From assembly GCA_044892505.1 (NCBI GenBank), contig CM097883.1, forward strand, positions 421,848,001-421,912,000: 64,000 nucleotides of DNA, in the 5' to 3' direction. Both the position numbers and the translations under genes were made by a program. Source of the DNA: Schmidtea nova. Taxonomy: Eukaryota. This document shows positions 13,841-27,649 of this stretch, piece after piece. Every line of letters starts with the position of its first letter. Position 1 is the stretch's first letter. The notes below the pieces were generated by a model. That model was not told the DNA's origin, made no database searches, and worked only from the letters and a program-made list of their open reading frames with translations.

Positions 13841-13942
13841 TTATTATATATACATGCTTTGAAATTTTATAGTAATATTATAATATCTAAACTTTTATTT
13901 TAGGCAAGACAAGAAGCTGCTGAATTTTTGAAAAAGCTGTAA
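2216..13942 (+). CDS. RMDN: Regulator of microtubule dynamics (RMD1/RMDN, FAM82-family) protein, copy 1; six 3' exons, 5' exons presumably upstream of the window
   Basis: GT-AG exons with consistent phase: 2216-2305 WYGILLDITGRLEGIKKRIENSFIVKKHLE; 2349-2407 IANENSNKSDNLVLHALGVW; 3097-3184 CYEVSALSWINRKVAETFFASPPTSTFDE; 3790-3820 ALVFFLEAEK; 9516-9649 KKPGVLAANLVYLGKTYFQLNKK...DTVA; 13904-13942 ARQEAAEFLKKL*. These match recalled RMDN1 motifs (KWYAI..GIKAKIANAYIIKEHF, LMGIWCY, LFATPPSSTYE, NLLLLGKTY). Confidence 0.88.
4340..5589 (+). mobile_element. Mutator-like element (FLYWCH + MULE DDE transposase), disrupted, inside RMDN intron 4
   Basis: ORF 4674-5027 has the FLYWCH pattern (GYLF...WHCERRTCKARLHT...HNH). 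ORF 4966-5589 has WFADGTF, DFELAAIKAF and GCMFHFGQ. Subterminal ACAAAATGGT repeats occur three times at about 4348-4390. There is a frame break near 5027. Confidence 0.9.
5995..7263 (-). pseudogene. Disrupted antisense reading frame with acidic pentapeptide repeats, unknown function
   Basis: Successive minus-strand ORFs at 6967-7263, 6365-6799 and 5995-6258. The 15-bp repeat reads PDDGI/PDDVI/PDEDI in one frame. Confidence 0.4.
6700..6855. repeat. 15-bp tandem repeat (consensus GCCATCATCAGGAAT), about 10 units
   Basis: Directly visible: gccatcatcaggaat / gatgtcatcaggaat / gtcttcatcaggaat / gacatcatcaggaat and further units. Confidence 0.9.
7270..7687 (+). mobile_element. Probable LTR (TGTAGTA...ACGACA) followed by a tRNA primer-binding site
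   Basis: TGGTGTCAGAATTGGGAT at 7670-7687 is one mismatch from the complement of a tRNA-Leu 3' end including CCA. It is preceded by a CA-ending segment that starts TGTAGTA at 7270. No second LTR was found. Confidence 0.55.
8150..9171. mobile_element. Non-autonomous TIR element flanked by TA (Tc1/mariner/pogo-type)
   Basis: Left CACTGTACAACGATGAATAGCA and right TGCTATTCATCGTTGTACGGTG form a 22-bp inverted repeat with 1 mismatch. TA lies on both flanks. Confidence 0.8.
10333..11990. repeat. Two diverged tandem units, each with a short LTR-like segment, a hairpin and a G-run
   Basis: CCCAAAAGAGTCTCCCAAA...TGTGGGGAC occurs near 10405 and 11337. Hairpin TTTGGCTTACTATAGC...GCTATAG(T/C)AAGCCAAA occurs at 11035 and 11862. 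G6-7 runs occur near 11145 and 11964. Confidence 0.8.
10619..10858. repeat. About 119-bp near-perfect tandem duplication
   Basis: TGATAGTTAGCTTGAAAG... starts at 10622 and again at 10741. Confidence 0.9.
13770..13838. repeat. (TA)n microsatellite
   Basis: Direct reading. Confidence 0.95.
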
Positions 13943-15429
13943 AGTTGTTTCGATATAATTTTCGTATTATTTCCAGTGATTCGTTTGTATTTTTATGAAT
14001 CAAATTACTTTATTGCTTATTACATCAATTCATTTTATGATTGTTTAAATTATATTTCATTTTCAAGTTCGTTAAAGCTAGCCCGAAGCCTGGTTCAAAT
14101 TGAATACGCATATCTGAATGTTTACAAATTTATTTAACTTCTTAGTAACTTATCTTTTCAAAGTTTTGAACAATTCACATGTTTACAAGCTTGGTATTGA
14201 AAATATAAATAAGACATTTCAATCTGTTTAAAAATCTCTCGAGTAAAATATCACGTCTGGATAGGGATATTTTATAATAATTTTTAAAACTAGAACAAGT
14301 AGCCGCAGTTGTGTTGGATTTTATTAATAATTGTTCTGGTTGGATCGATTTTGGACTGACTCCTAAGACTGAAATCAAAGTTCGCAATCAAATACAGTAA
14401 TGTATGTTGCTTTTTCACAAAATCACACATTAAATCCATGTAAAATCCTTAAAACTGACTAAATTTACTAAGGGTAATCGTTTCAATTATTATTTGAAAT
14501 AGTTGATGCCTTGGGAAAAGTGATTGATAATTTTCTTAAACGCAAATTTCAATTTTAATCGATTCTAATTTTGTTACTCTAACTCTCTGATAATTTCTTT
14601 TAAAATGGTCGTAGTAAGTGTTTTATTGCCTCATACTATTTTGTATTTTAGCTAATTTTTTATTTAATCTCAACTAATCAATTGAATTTTTTAAACAATT
14701 TTTTATTCGACGATTTCTTAAAGTTTTAAGTTAGATGTCCCGTGTCCCAAGCTCTAAAGAAAGTCTAATTATCCAATTGAGCCTCAGTTTAATAGACCAC
14801 CTCTACAATTGCTACATTCGGAACTATCAATAAATTTTTTGAATCAATTTTCGGTTTTAGAATATGATTTTTTTATTAATTTATTCATCTTTAACTTTTT
14901 ATTACTACCCGTTTTTACTTTTCCATAATAAAATATTTTTTATTTTTGTTGAGGATACCTAAATAATAAATTAAATATTATTAAAAATAAATTAAATAAT
15001 AGGAGGAAAATGACAGGGTAAATGATGTGATGTTTTGAAATCCTGAGAAGTATGAATGAAGAGAAATATAACAAATTGAACAATAAACCAGAAAAGGTCA
15101 TTCCTAATTAAGAAGTACACTAAAGGAAAATGAATTCCAAAATCGAAAAACAATGACAAGAGAAAAGTTCATATCTTGACAGCTTATCAAAGATATTAGG
15201 ATTGCCGAAAAAGAGAAGAAACGGCGTATTCGTATGGTGTTAAAATTTTGTTCAGCGTCTAGGGCCTATGTTGTGAATACCCACTTATATTAGCTTCCCT
15301 CGAACGTATGTCCGTGAGTTCCCTAGACTGGACTCTTGTTGGTGATACATACGTGTTCGTTCTTAATTCGGAAAAACGAAAACTCGAATTACACAAACAT
15401 ATTTATTTTTAACACCGGCATAACTTCGT

Positions 15430-15959
15430 TCAAAAGATTTGCTTTAGAGAGGACACATAATTTTTTAACTGAGTAGCTAATTGTTGGGTGAACGCCTGTC
15501 GTTGCCGGTTGCACTTTGCTCCTATTTGGTTCTTCTTTGCCTTCAATGGTGGGCCTTCGATTTTACCATGTAGTTGCCCAATCTCCGTTTTCATGACCGG
15601 GAAGTTGGAGACAATTTCGAGTGGTTCGTGGAACGTTGAAATCGAGATGTTGCCCATCCACTTATGATAAGTCAATATTCGGATTTGACCCCAAAGATGT
15701 TCTTCCATGAATTGTATTGAAATGGCGTTTCTACACTAATTCAATTCTCTTCGCGTCTAGCTCCAGTTGGATGTTGACGATGGTGCGCTGTACTCATTTG
15801 TTTCGCTGTAACTATGTCTTCATTTACGTAGGAGAGAAGTATTTCATACAACTGTACTCGTAATCGTGAAATTATTAGATTTAGAGTTGTCTCTTCCCGA
15901 GTGGAGGCTTTTCTTCTTTTACTTCCCTTGGTTCTTTCAAAGTCCATTTTATCCCTCAT
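15430..15959 (-). pseudogene. Degenerate copy of the coiled-coil/basic ORF2 of the unclassified multi-ORF family
   Basis: With frameshifts it reads TAQRTIVNIQLELDAKRIEL, EEHLWGQIRILTYHKWM and KKNQIGAKCNRQRQAF, which align to the ORFs at 30226-30678 and 53206-53826. Confidence 0.65.
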
Positions 15960-18900
15960 TGTATTTCTCCAAATAAGATTTAATTCAGTCGCTGATAAAA
16001 GTTCAAATTATTCGCTGATACTTGCTAGAATTATTTTCGCTGTGGCGAAAACCAAAATTAATACTAGCGCTGGTAACAACTGTTTTTTGCTACTTATTTA
16101 TCGTCAGTATTTAAACCGTTCTGGTCTTTGTCTCCACCAATCAAATTTGGCGTACTACTTAATGCGTGGTAAGTTATTTGTTTATTTCTTTTTGTTTATC
16201 ATTTTAATTTTAGTTTTTTTCCGGTTGCTGGTTCGCAGTTCAAGTAATTAATTAGTTACTTGTACTTTTATTTCTACCTTTTATTCATAATTTGCTTGAC
16301 TTTTATTTCAGGTTCCCCCCTTTCCCTTGGATCTCGATTATTCAATCGTTATTGGGTAAATAATTTTTTATCTAAACTTATCATTATTTTATTTATTTTA
16401 ACTTTTTTTCATTCTATTTAGCTAGGTATGTCATTTATTATTTGGTGTTTTCCGGCCTTATTTTTTATTTTTTTTTAGCTGGACTGGTCATCCCAACAAT
16501 ATCTTGACAGGTTTAAGAGATAATGAGGGAGCTAATAGGAAAGGTAAAGTATGCTGGAGGGAAAAACAGGAAAAACAAAATTTATCTATAGAGCTAGAAA
16601 ATGACGAGCTATTAAAGGAAAGCCACGGTAGTTGAATCAGAAGTTTAGATTCAGGAAATTAAATTGAAAGGTCTAGATTGGGAAAAATCTAAAAACTTGG
16701 ATTAATTATAGTTACATTATTGGAGAACTCATATTGAGAAGAAAGAGTGAACTAAGTAAACGATAATGAGAAAAAGTTAAATTTTATTGAATAAAGTATC
16801 AAGTCAGAGCACGAAGACAGCCGAAATCAATAGCAATTATTGAATCTAAATCAGTGGTCAGTGATTGTTGTATTCTAGGTATTATGCATTAGGGCTATTC
16901 CTCAATAAGTGTTGTAATAAGCCCACTTCATTTCCCTATTTTAGTTTTGCATTGTGATAATCAATAAAGGTTTATATCGTCTGAAAATTGTTGTTTTATG
17001 GATCAAAAAAGCACGCTTTGGAGTCAGATAAACAATTAGCAAATTTCAAATTTCACCAGCAACCCAATAACCCAACATTTTAATTAATTTTACGCTTAAT
17101 TTAAATTTTGAGTTTCATATGCTTTGCATTTAATTCTTTGCTCTTTTAAATTTATCTGTACATTATTTTGCATACCAGCAATTGTAATAAATTCATTTGT
17201 TGTAACATTTTTGGTAACTTTCTTGAAAAAAACAGATTGAAAGATATTACATATGCAATGTTTTGATTGACATTTTTTACAAATAAATTTTTGTTTTAAA
17301 TTTCTGATAAAATTTTCATATCTATTTTTTTTAAACTCTGTAAGCATAATCATTGTTTAGTCTTCAAATTACATCAATTTTACATAGGGACAAAACCGGA
17401 AAAAACTTATAATGACGGTATTAATTTATTTTTCAAGGAATATCAACTTCAGATTCATTTTTTGACAATAGACCAATGTTTTTTCCATTATAACACTAAA
17501 TTTTGATAATACCTTTATCAAGAGAAAAAATAAAAAGGCACTGTTGAAAATTTGCATTCCATTGTAAGATATTTGATATATTGTTTTAAAAATTAAAAAT
17601 ATCATAAATTGAAAATAAAATCAAGGGTGAGCAAAATATAAGATATTAATGATAATATTGGATTATTTATTTTGAGTCTTATCTTATATGACTCCTCGTG
17701 CTCCTATAATTGAAAATCACCAAAACCCAAGACAATAAATTTTATTGAATTCCACAATTTATAAATGATAAATTAATACAATTCTTAAGTTCTGCAAAAC
17801 ATTCAGCACTCTTCTTTATTCCAGCGATAGGCGTAGGTCTACCAAGAGTAAATCGCCCTTTCCTATACGCTTTTGATTTGTTAATGTTAGGTTTCTGACA
17901 ATCACACTTACAAATGTATCGTACTCCCGACGAATAATTTTACTTCGGGTAAACTGACCATATTATTGTAATTTTATTGCGTCAACATATCAATTACATT
18001 TCCAGAATGGGGACATAGTGTAATCATTTCTCTTTATAATTGAATTTTCGCATAATTGAGATGATTACTGTTTCTTATAATTTAATCATTTTGGCATGCG
18101 ACTCCGATAATTTGATTTTATGTCAGGTTTTTCTTTTGTTCGGGTTGCCAATATACTATGGTTTTCTAAATAACTAATAAATTATATTATTTTAGTTATT
18201 ATTTATTTATTAATAATTTTTTTCTAAGAACCATCCCCTATTGATATTTTATTATATTCGTACTCGTATCTCCATTTGCCCCCCATACATACCAATTTCC
18301 TCTACGATGTGTCAATTTTAAAAAATCCTTAATTTTTAATTAATTTTTGTACATATTTATCAATTTTAAATTTTTCAGCCTTTTTATTGATTTCCCCAAA
18401 TCACCGCTTACTCTCGGCTGGAGTTTCATCACTTTAGACGACTCTCAGCAATTTTTTAAAGTATTTTTTTAAAGTATCTTTAATATATCAGTTTTTTAAT
18501 ATATTGAAAATCAATAAATTTATTGATTTTTTTAATCAATTCGGAAAAATCAATTTCGGAAAACTAAAGCAAATTCAATAAACCATGATTTTACTCATAT
18601 TTTGAAAGTCAATTAAATAAATTGAAATGTGAAATAATTTTCATTGATTTGAATTTGAATCAAAATGGTCTCTTAAAACTATGAAAATCTAAAAAATTCT
18701 TTTTTACAGACAGCTGAACGTTTGAGCAAAGTTTTCTAGATGAATAAAATGTTCTTCAATGTTGGATTTAGTGGAATAGTATTTTGATAGCTGAACACTG
18801 CTAATTAATTCTTCGAAAATACTCGATTAGTTTGGCAGATTTTTCTAATTATAGGAAAATTTCTTTATAAGAAAATCTCAAGAGACTAAAATCTGCTAAA

Positions 18901-21789
18901 TAGATTACAGATTTTTTGTTAATTCGATTTAAGTGCATGATTTTAGTGACTAATATCGTGTTTCATTCGCTAAGTGCCCATAATAATAAAAAAACAGTAA
19001 CTTTATAGTATAGAAAAATATACCTGTCTGTGCGTTAATCAATGATACTGGGCAGAAACTAAAACTCAAATAAGTTTGTTTGATTGAAGTTGTTACATAG
19101 CATGTATAGAGCGTGCAAGAAGTGAACTTAAAAAGTTAACAGAAAAACACCAAAAAACACTAATAATCATAGAAACCCAATACAAATTATTTTAAACACT
19201 TTTTAAAAATAAAATTAAACACTTTGCATCAAGTAAACACGTGTAAAATACAAAAATGATATAGAAACACAATTTGCAGTAAATTAACAAAAATTTAGAG
19301 AAAATTCAAATATTTTATGAAAAGTTTTATCGATTTATATCAAACTAAATGATAGAAGAAATAAATAAAATGATTTTAAAAAAATTTCGTAAAAACTTTC
19401 AAATTAAAAAAACCTTAGTTAAAAATAAAAATTTTTAATTTAAATTAATTAATTTAAAATTTTAATAAAATTTTACACATAAATATTAATTTAAATTTTG
19501 AAAAATGTAAAATGAATTTAATTAGAAAAATCGTGAAATTAAAATCATAAAAGTTTGTTTTACTGCATCAATTGAGGAAGTGAAATTAGGCAGCATATAA
19601 ATCGCTATAAAAATTGACAAATTAACTCTTGTTTAAAAAATTCAAAAAAATACTTTCTCGAAAAGTTCGAAACACTTTTTAAAAAATTTGAATTATTTTA
19701 GAAGAACTATTTCGAACCAAATCAGATTTAAATGTAAGGACTTTTCTTAGGGTGATGAATTTGTCATGCTCCAATCGCACCCGCCAGGTATTTTTTTTAG
19801 CAATTTTAAGGAAGGACATGAGAAATATGGTCAATACCAACAAACAAACCAATCAAGGAGAGCCAAATTGGTGAAGATGTACCGCATGTTCTTAACCACT
19901 ACAAATTCAGAAACAATGTGTTAATATGATGTAATAATTATAGAAGTACCATTTATTATCAATTATAGTATATTCACTTTATTATTTTAATATTTTAATT
20001 TCGTTCATAGTAAATTTTCTCTATCATTGATAGCTTAATTTCAGTACCACCTAACTATCGCATACCGATAAAAGATTAATTAATAATTTCTAGTATATTC
20101 CTAATGTAATTAAATTTGTTTCTGACGTCGGTTCTGAGCACGCGAATAGTCAATGCAAAGTAGTCATTAGAGCATTTCGGATTCTACGCGTCATCCAATC
20201 TTAAATAACAATGCTTATACTTCCTCGATCACCTCATTGTATGTAGTAATATTTACGGATTGGTGGCCTGGTCAAAAGCAAGGAATTTTCAAAGTAAATC
20301 TTGAGTCTGGAATCGTAATATATTTCATTTGAAATCCAGCATTGTATTCAAAGACGAAAACTAAAATAATCTTTATCTATATTATTTTATTTTAAATAAA
20401 TCTACATAATTTATGGAACATATATTAATAAACGTATAACTATGCGGTGCGAAGTAGGTGGCGGTGATCGTAAATTTGATAATAAAATTGCCGATTTCTC
20501 CGATATCCTTTCGTCCCCAGAGTTATATATTTAGGGATTCATTATAAAGTTCAGAATTCACACCTTCTAAAATATTCGATGATAACAAAAAACTTTAAAA
20601 TATATTATTTATAATTCAATTTAGTTTAAGCCGTATCGAAACAAGTTACAGACGTTTAAATCGGTTACTGTCATTACAGTGTGATACACTCTCTATTAAT
20701 CTTGACATGCCAACAATTTGCTCTGATCAATGGTTAATGTACTCCCCTAAGTCATTTTGATCTATCAGAATAATTTATCGTTACTTAATATTGACTTATT
20801 AGAAAATATGATAAAAGTTTAAGGGAAAAAATAGTCGTTTATCTATACGTGAATGACGTTTTTAATTTTAATCTGAGACGAATGGATTTGCCGCATGTTC
20901 CGTAATATATATTCTACGAAACTCATCTTCGGCGTCCAGTCCCAAGATCGGGTCATTTGTAATCCTCTCCAGATCTAGACCTCTCAGTTGTTGAGCTTGT
21001 CCTTTCTTCCTTTATTCTTAAGAGATTAAAACTATAGCCTTTTCTGCTACTTGATTATATGCCATCAAATTGTTCATTAATTTTCATTTTTATTAGTCAC
21101 AAAAGAAAATATTTATTTTTATTACAATCAAACACATATCAAACACAAATTTAGATTATTTATACGCAAGTTATAAATTTACGAAGTTATGCTAATTGTT
21201 AGCTTGCTACCGACTATTAATATTAATTCTCATTGATGAAATTTATCGACCCTGTACGGTTCACATATCTGGTGCCCCCAGCACGCGAATTCAAAACAGC
21301 CTACTATAATAATTATAATGTTCATGTAAAGATTGTTAACTATGTATTCATCTCCAGCTATTGTAATAGGTAATAAGGCTCTTAAAATTCTGTTGCTAAT
21401 TGAAAAAAAGACAAGAACCAATTTTGTGGACTAAAATTTTTCAAAATGAAACTTTTATTTTTATCATCAGCTAGCTGGTATAGTAATGGAGTTGTAAGAT
21501 TTTATAAATAATATTATTTAACCAGCTTATTCAAACCTATTTAATATAAACTTTGAGAGCTTTTGATGATGCAAAATCGTCAATAATGTTGTCATAGTTC
21601 AAAGAATTTGCAAAATAAATTTCAATTGACACACTTTATCAACTTGTCAAACGTTCCAAAATACACACCTACGAAGGAACGCTAATGGACCAGTCCAACC
21701 AGTAATGTTAAAAATAGGCTAGCTAGGGTGTCGTTTTTTACGGACATGCCATTTGATAATTTTTTTATTTTTTGGTAACATAAAAAAAA

Positions 21790-21869
21790 TTTTACATCCC
21801 AATTTTGCGCCCTTTCAGGTGTGTACCATGTGTGACTGCTCCGCTCGCACCACCCTTGTTACGGCCCTG
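21790..21869. mobile_element. hAT-type MITE terminus
   Basis: Ends ...CTCGCACCACCCTTGTTACGGCCCTG (reverse complement CAGGGCCGTAACAAGGG), resembling hAT MITE termini. The partner end was not found. Confidence 0.45.
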
Positions 21870-23229
21870 AATATTTCTTAGATTTTTTTACTAGATTTAT
21901 TTTAATCAGTGGAAATTTCTTCTAAAAATAATTCACAAAATGAATTCAAAGTTTAAAAACCAGTTAACAATGACATTGACAAAAATATAACTATTACAAG
22001 CAGCATAACGAATGACTGATTGGCCCTGCTTATATAGTTGTTTATATGAGTGGGTGGATGCATTTTAACCAATCATAATTGCCGTCAAAGCATTTTGTCA
22101 TCTTCCTTTTTTCTATAAACCAATCATTTATTTAATTTGTTCTATTCGATTTCTTAATTTTTATGGGTTTTCTAATTCCTAACCGGATCAGTTCTAATGA
22201 GCCGAGAGGCCACCAAATATCCACTCTATATAAATCTAACCTGAAATATTTGAATAAGGGAAAATCTGCTGAGCCAAATCAGAATATAATCTGAAAAAAA
22301 ATCAGAATGATTTATAATACTTATTCAAAATACAAAAGAATTTTAAAATTACATTACACAATTTATGAAATACTTGTTTATTCCCGAATAACTACTCGAA
22401 ATAGCAAACTATTATTTTCTCAATAGAAAAATGTTAACTAAAAAGTTTAGCAGCACTCCACTGAAAAAAAAATATTTTATTTATTTTTCTAATTATTTGC
22501 TATTAATTCACTGAAACTATAAATGTATTCATCATGGCACCATTCTGCTCATGCAAATTGATAAATCAAAAATATCAAATTTATTATCAATCTATTTTTG
22601 TTTCTTTCTTATTTTAACCATATTCAATGATAACTTTTACTATAATTTTTAATAAATTATTCTCTATTTTTATTGCCCTGCAATTCAATTGCGTGTTCTC
22701 TTTTGAGATAATTCTTTTCTTTTGTTTTCCTTACATTGACCTATTTACAATGCCTAATGTGCTGGTGCTTGTGCTCTCTTACGTTTTATTATTTTAATTA
22801 TTCGTGACTATTGATCCTCTTGAATTATGCTTTTACTTTGCACGATTTGAATTTTAAATTAACTCTTGTGTGTTTTCGACGCATTTAAACAATGATAATA
22901 AATGTATCCCAACATGTTAAAATTAAACCAATCATATTGTATCATACTTTAACAACTAGATCCATTAAAAAATTAAGTTAATTAGTGCTAAATAACCGTT
23001 ACAAGGTAACAAAATATTATTTTAAAACTACATTTATTTTAACCTCCTCTCATTTTTTGGTAATTTAATAGGGAAAACTTTACCGTTTGGTAATATATAT
23101 ATATTTATTTATTTATTATCTAGAATTTAGCATGCTAAATTTCCACAACTGAGGTTTTATAACGTAAATGCGTTCTTCACGTGCATATCCAATGTGTTTT
23201 CTGCCTATTCTAGCTTTCTATACGTTCTT

Positions 23230-23435
23230 GTTTTAACCAATTTTAGTTTTACTTGGTGTTTTGGTTTAAGGACTTGTAAATTAAAAGCTTGCGCGTTCTC
23301 TACTGGTTAATGCATTTTTGTACACTTTTTTTTTGGCGTGTTTTCACTTAACCACTTCGGTTTGTAAATGATGTTTTGGTTAAAATAGAATCTTGCGCGC
23401 TCTCTACTTGTGGTGTTACCGCTTCATTTAAACAA
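23230..23435 (-). repeat. About 200-bp dispersed repeat, inverted homolog of 42750-42930
   Basis: Both copies contain GTAGAGA(A/G)CGCGC twice with the same intervening sequence, including TTAACCAGTAGAGAACGCGC. Confidence 0.8.
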
Positions 23436-25531
23436 TTTGCAGTTTTGGCTCAACAAAAGCATGATCAAAGAATAAAGCTGGTATTAAAATAGAGAGAATA
23501 ATTTATTTAAATTTATAGAAGAAATCTACATTGAATCATCGTCAAAATAACTGAGATAGGAGGAAAATAGGAAAATTAATTAACAAATCAATAAATATAC
23601 ATAATTAAATAATATTGGGAAAAAAATTTGGAAAAAAAATTATAAAACATATCTTACAAGAATAAATAAATAAAATTGAATTAAATTATCTTTGTTTTTA
23701 CTAAATTATTTAATCATTAAACAAGGCTAACAATTAATGATTCATAAATAGATTTTAGGAAAATATTACTAAAAATGGTACCATAAAAATATTTTTGAAA
23801 ATAGGTAAATTCTGCCTCATAGAAGTTAACGTGTGGGCGTACATATTGCGTACGAATGACTGGTGTTGGGGGTTCGGTAAAGTGGTAGAACATGGAGAGA
23901 TAATTCAACTCATCCAACTATAATTTCTCTCACCTAAAGAGCTAAAAATAGAAAATTCGTGTAGCAACCCTGTATTGGTAGTAGACACACAACCACTCAA
24001 AAATAGTATAAATAGACACTGAAAAATCATAATTTTCACACACATTTCAATACTGTAGAACACGGTAACACTTTTTAACTCACAATTTGCAGATTTCAAT
24101 TCTTCCAAACAGCACCGGTCAGTATTTTTCCTATTCAATTTTGTGGTACATCGGATACAAGTATGTTTTTATTTTTGTATCTCTCAAGTTTGTTGTAACT
24201 ATTATACTTTATATGTAATTGCATTCTTTGTAATTTGTAATCAATAATAAATATTTTAATTTAATCATAAATTTATTTGTTTTGTTTTGTTCAATTGATT
24301 TTCCCCGACTAAACTGATTTCGTGCAGAGATCTTGTTGGCCATTAGCCCACTCATCTCCGGTGTGCCTGGTCTTCATTCTCGCAGAGGTGGAAGCGGAGG
24401 CTGGATCATCGAACCTAAATTATATAGATCGATTGGAGTGAAAGAGAATTAATGAAATATAGGGTGTTGTTATTCTGATATTTTTGGGGAAATATATAGA
24501 AGTAAAGGTTAACTGCCACAAAGTGACATCATAGGAAGATAAGAATTGATAAATTATAAGGACCATTTGAAGTATAAGGTAATTGATATGAAAAAGTCCT
24601 TCTATCGGCAGCAGGAACCGGAAAGAGAAGATACAGTGAGGAATAGTTTTTGGAACGAAGCTCACACGCTCATTGGATTCTCGCCACCGTGTACATTACC
24701 AACATAGATTACCAACGATTAACTATGGGTACATGAGTAAGGTATTAGCAATATTTATGATGGTATGTGGCTTACAGTATTCCCTAGAAACAGAAAATTT
24801 AAACATCCAATTTTCCAACATGTGTCTACTATATGTATATGAAGATAATCATTGAATAGTTTAAATGTTTTTGTTTTTTTGCATGTTTCATGATGATTAT
24901 ATTTGACGAGCCAAGAATTTTATACGAATGTCTGTGTATGAAACATTAAATAAATTATTAAATATTTATTTACTTGTTTCATTATTTATTTTTGAATAAG
25001 GGAATTATGAATTTGTTTTATTTTAACTTTCAATAAATAGTTATAGAGTTTAGATTAAGTATGGGACTAAAATCGAGCAATATATCTTCTATCGGTCGCC
25101 CTTGAACCAACCTGTGACATTCGGTCAATTATATTTTCGATTCATTCGATGCTCACTTTCTGCGAATGTCCACCCATTTGTTGTAATACCAACGGTACAC
25201 TGTAGTGGGCAACAAGATAGTTAACTAATGTTTTATGTGCTCGGTTGTTGACAGATAGTAGCCTTAGAAAAAATCTAGGTCATATTGTTTATCAACAACC
25301 CACGATATGTAAATCCAAAATTATTCTACGATTTTGTACATTTGGTAAAATGTTTTTAAAAAAATGGTTAAATATCTATATTTATTTAAAGCTTTTAAAT
25401 AAAAATTTTTTAAATAAACATTTCTAAAAATTATTACAGTAATAAACATTATAAAATTATTGATAAAACTATTCTTAATGTGTTTAAATTATATATGAAT
25501 ACCTTTCTATTTCAAATTGTTTTTAACTAGC

Positions 25532-26104
25532 ATGTCTATCATTTCAGAGGCTATTAAGATTTTGGATAAATTGTACGATGAAAAAAATTATAAAGAACAA
25601 TGTGATCTTATTAAAAGTAAATATAATTCAAAAGAATATAATAATTCAGAAATAATGTGGCGACATGCCAGAGCCTTGAGAGAATTAGGTTTGCCAAATT
25701 TTAATAAATCAAATTAACAGTACTATGACTTTATCTAATCTATTTTACCCGTTAAGCAAATAATTCCAAAGATAAAAAGGAGCACGATAAGTTATTATAT
25801 GAAGGTCTGAGTGTTGCTAAAAACTGCTTATTAATTGATGAAAACAGTAGTGGATGCAACAAAGTGAAATTTCAAAATTATTATTTTAAGTTAATTTTTT
25901 GTTAGTGGTATGCTTTTCTTTTGGACCTTACCGGTAGAGTAGAAGGAATTAAACGGCGAATTGAGAATTCCTATGCTGTTAAAAAGCATTTGGATGTATA
26001 TGCTATAAATATTTTCGACAGATATTATTAAATTCATTTACTTAGATAGCGAGAGTGAAATCCAATGGCACTGATGTTGGTGCGTTGCATGCATTAGGAG
26101 TTTG
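25532..26104 (+). CDS. RMDN: RMD1/RMDN-family protein, copy 2; four 5' exons, no intact 3' exons found
   Basis: Exons: 25532-25688 MSIISEAIKILDKLYDE...EIMWRHARALREL; 25757-25863 ...LLYEGLSVAKNCLLIDENSSGCNK; 25906-25995 WYAFLLDLTGRVEGIKRRIENSYAVKKHLD; 26046-26104 IARVKSNGTDVGALHALGVW. All introns are GT-AG and phase-consistent, and the 90-nt and 59-nt exons match copy 1 in size. Confidence 0.85.
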
Positions 26105-27004
26105 GTAATATTAATAATTTTAATGATAATAAATTTGAAAATTATTGTACATTTACAAATTATTGAAAAATTACCTGTAATATATGAAAAAGTACTTTAA
26201 GGTTATCTGGAACCATTTAATTCTTTTCAAAATTAATCATTAAAAATAAATTTATTAGCTCTGCCATTTATTAAAAGAAAGGGGAGATATAGCTGCAAAA
26301 AATAATAGAATACTACCAACTATAATGCTGTGTGGAAAAACTGAAACATATCTCTACTTTGGTTCTTGTATTTTTTGGAATTGCACACAATCTATTTGTT
26401 GAAAGAAGGTTTAGGTTTACTTTCTGTGATGGCTAGTGACGATTTTGACGCGAGTTAACAGAGAAGGGTATACATGTTGTACCCACCCATACAATTGAAA
26501 GAGATCAAACAATCTAAGATAGTCTGGCCTCGTAATTGTTACTGGTAGACAGAGGAAGATGAGAGGTTTTCAAAAATTCATGGAATTTCAGAAAACGTCT
26601 AATAATGTTCTTGGTCAGAATCAAACGATATGGTTCGTACAAAGGGTGCAAGTCCCGAGTACTGATCTGCCTATAGGCTCTAATCACTGTCCTGGGAAAA
26701 GAAAAAGGCTGAATATGGCACGATACCTAATTAAATCATCTGATCGATCGATGAAATTGAGTACCAAAAGCTTTTCCCTAATATGTATTACGAAGCAGTT
26801 CTTGAAGGGCTTATAATGTCAGGCTTTAAAGTAACCAAAGGTAGGAAGAGATGACCTTACGAACCTACACAAAGCATAAGAGACGAATCGTTTTACGAAA
26901 TATAATGCTTTATCGCCGTTATAGGAAAGAAATCACAGGACTTGAAAGGTATATCTATCAAATTGTAACGCAGGTATTCAAAGGTTAGCTCAACTAAGAA
27001 AGAA

Positions 27005-27392
27005 ACCTGGTGTCGAATCAAAATGGGAAGTTTACTTGATTTTTATTACAAACACAGACCGATCTATTTTGACAAGGTATAGATCTATAAAAGAATAATT
27101 AGAAATAAAATAGTAATAATCAAATAAATAAAATGTAAAAGGAATCAATAAAAAAGAAGCAAAAATAAAAACCTCGGTAATTAACAGCAAATTAATAAAT
27201 AAATAATTCAAACAAAATTTAGTTAAAAATAATTAAGAAAGTTTGAGGAAATGTACAAAAAAGGGAAAATGAATTTAGGAAAATCACAATAATATGATTG
27301 GTTAATGAAACTAACCAGGTGTTGAATTAAAATGGGAAAAGTTCACTTGATTTTTAGTACGAACACATACCGATCTATTTTGATACTATCGA
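27005..27392. repeat. Pair of about 75-bp diverged direct repeats
   Basis: GGTGT(C/T)GAAT(C/T)AAAATGGGAA...CTTGATTTTTA...CCGATCTATTTTGA occurs near 27005 and near 27313. Confidence 0.8.
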
Positions 27393-27649
27393 TAATTTTG
27401 ATGATTTCAGATTTTGAAGCAAGAGGTGTTTAAAAGGGGAAAATATTTATTTTTTATAACATGCAATATGACCTAAAAGAACAATGAAATATATACACTT
27501 CTCAGAGACTTTACAATAAAATCGCGAGTGCGTTTTTAACAGGAAAAAACACGATTATCCCAGATAAGTTCCTTTAGGAATTGAATTCACGATCGAGTTT
27601 ATAAATTACACTACTCGACAAAATTTAATTTTTTTTATTTAATAAAAAT

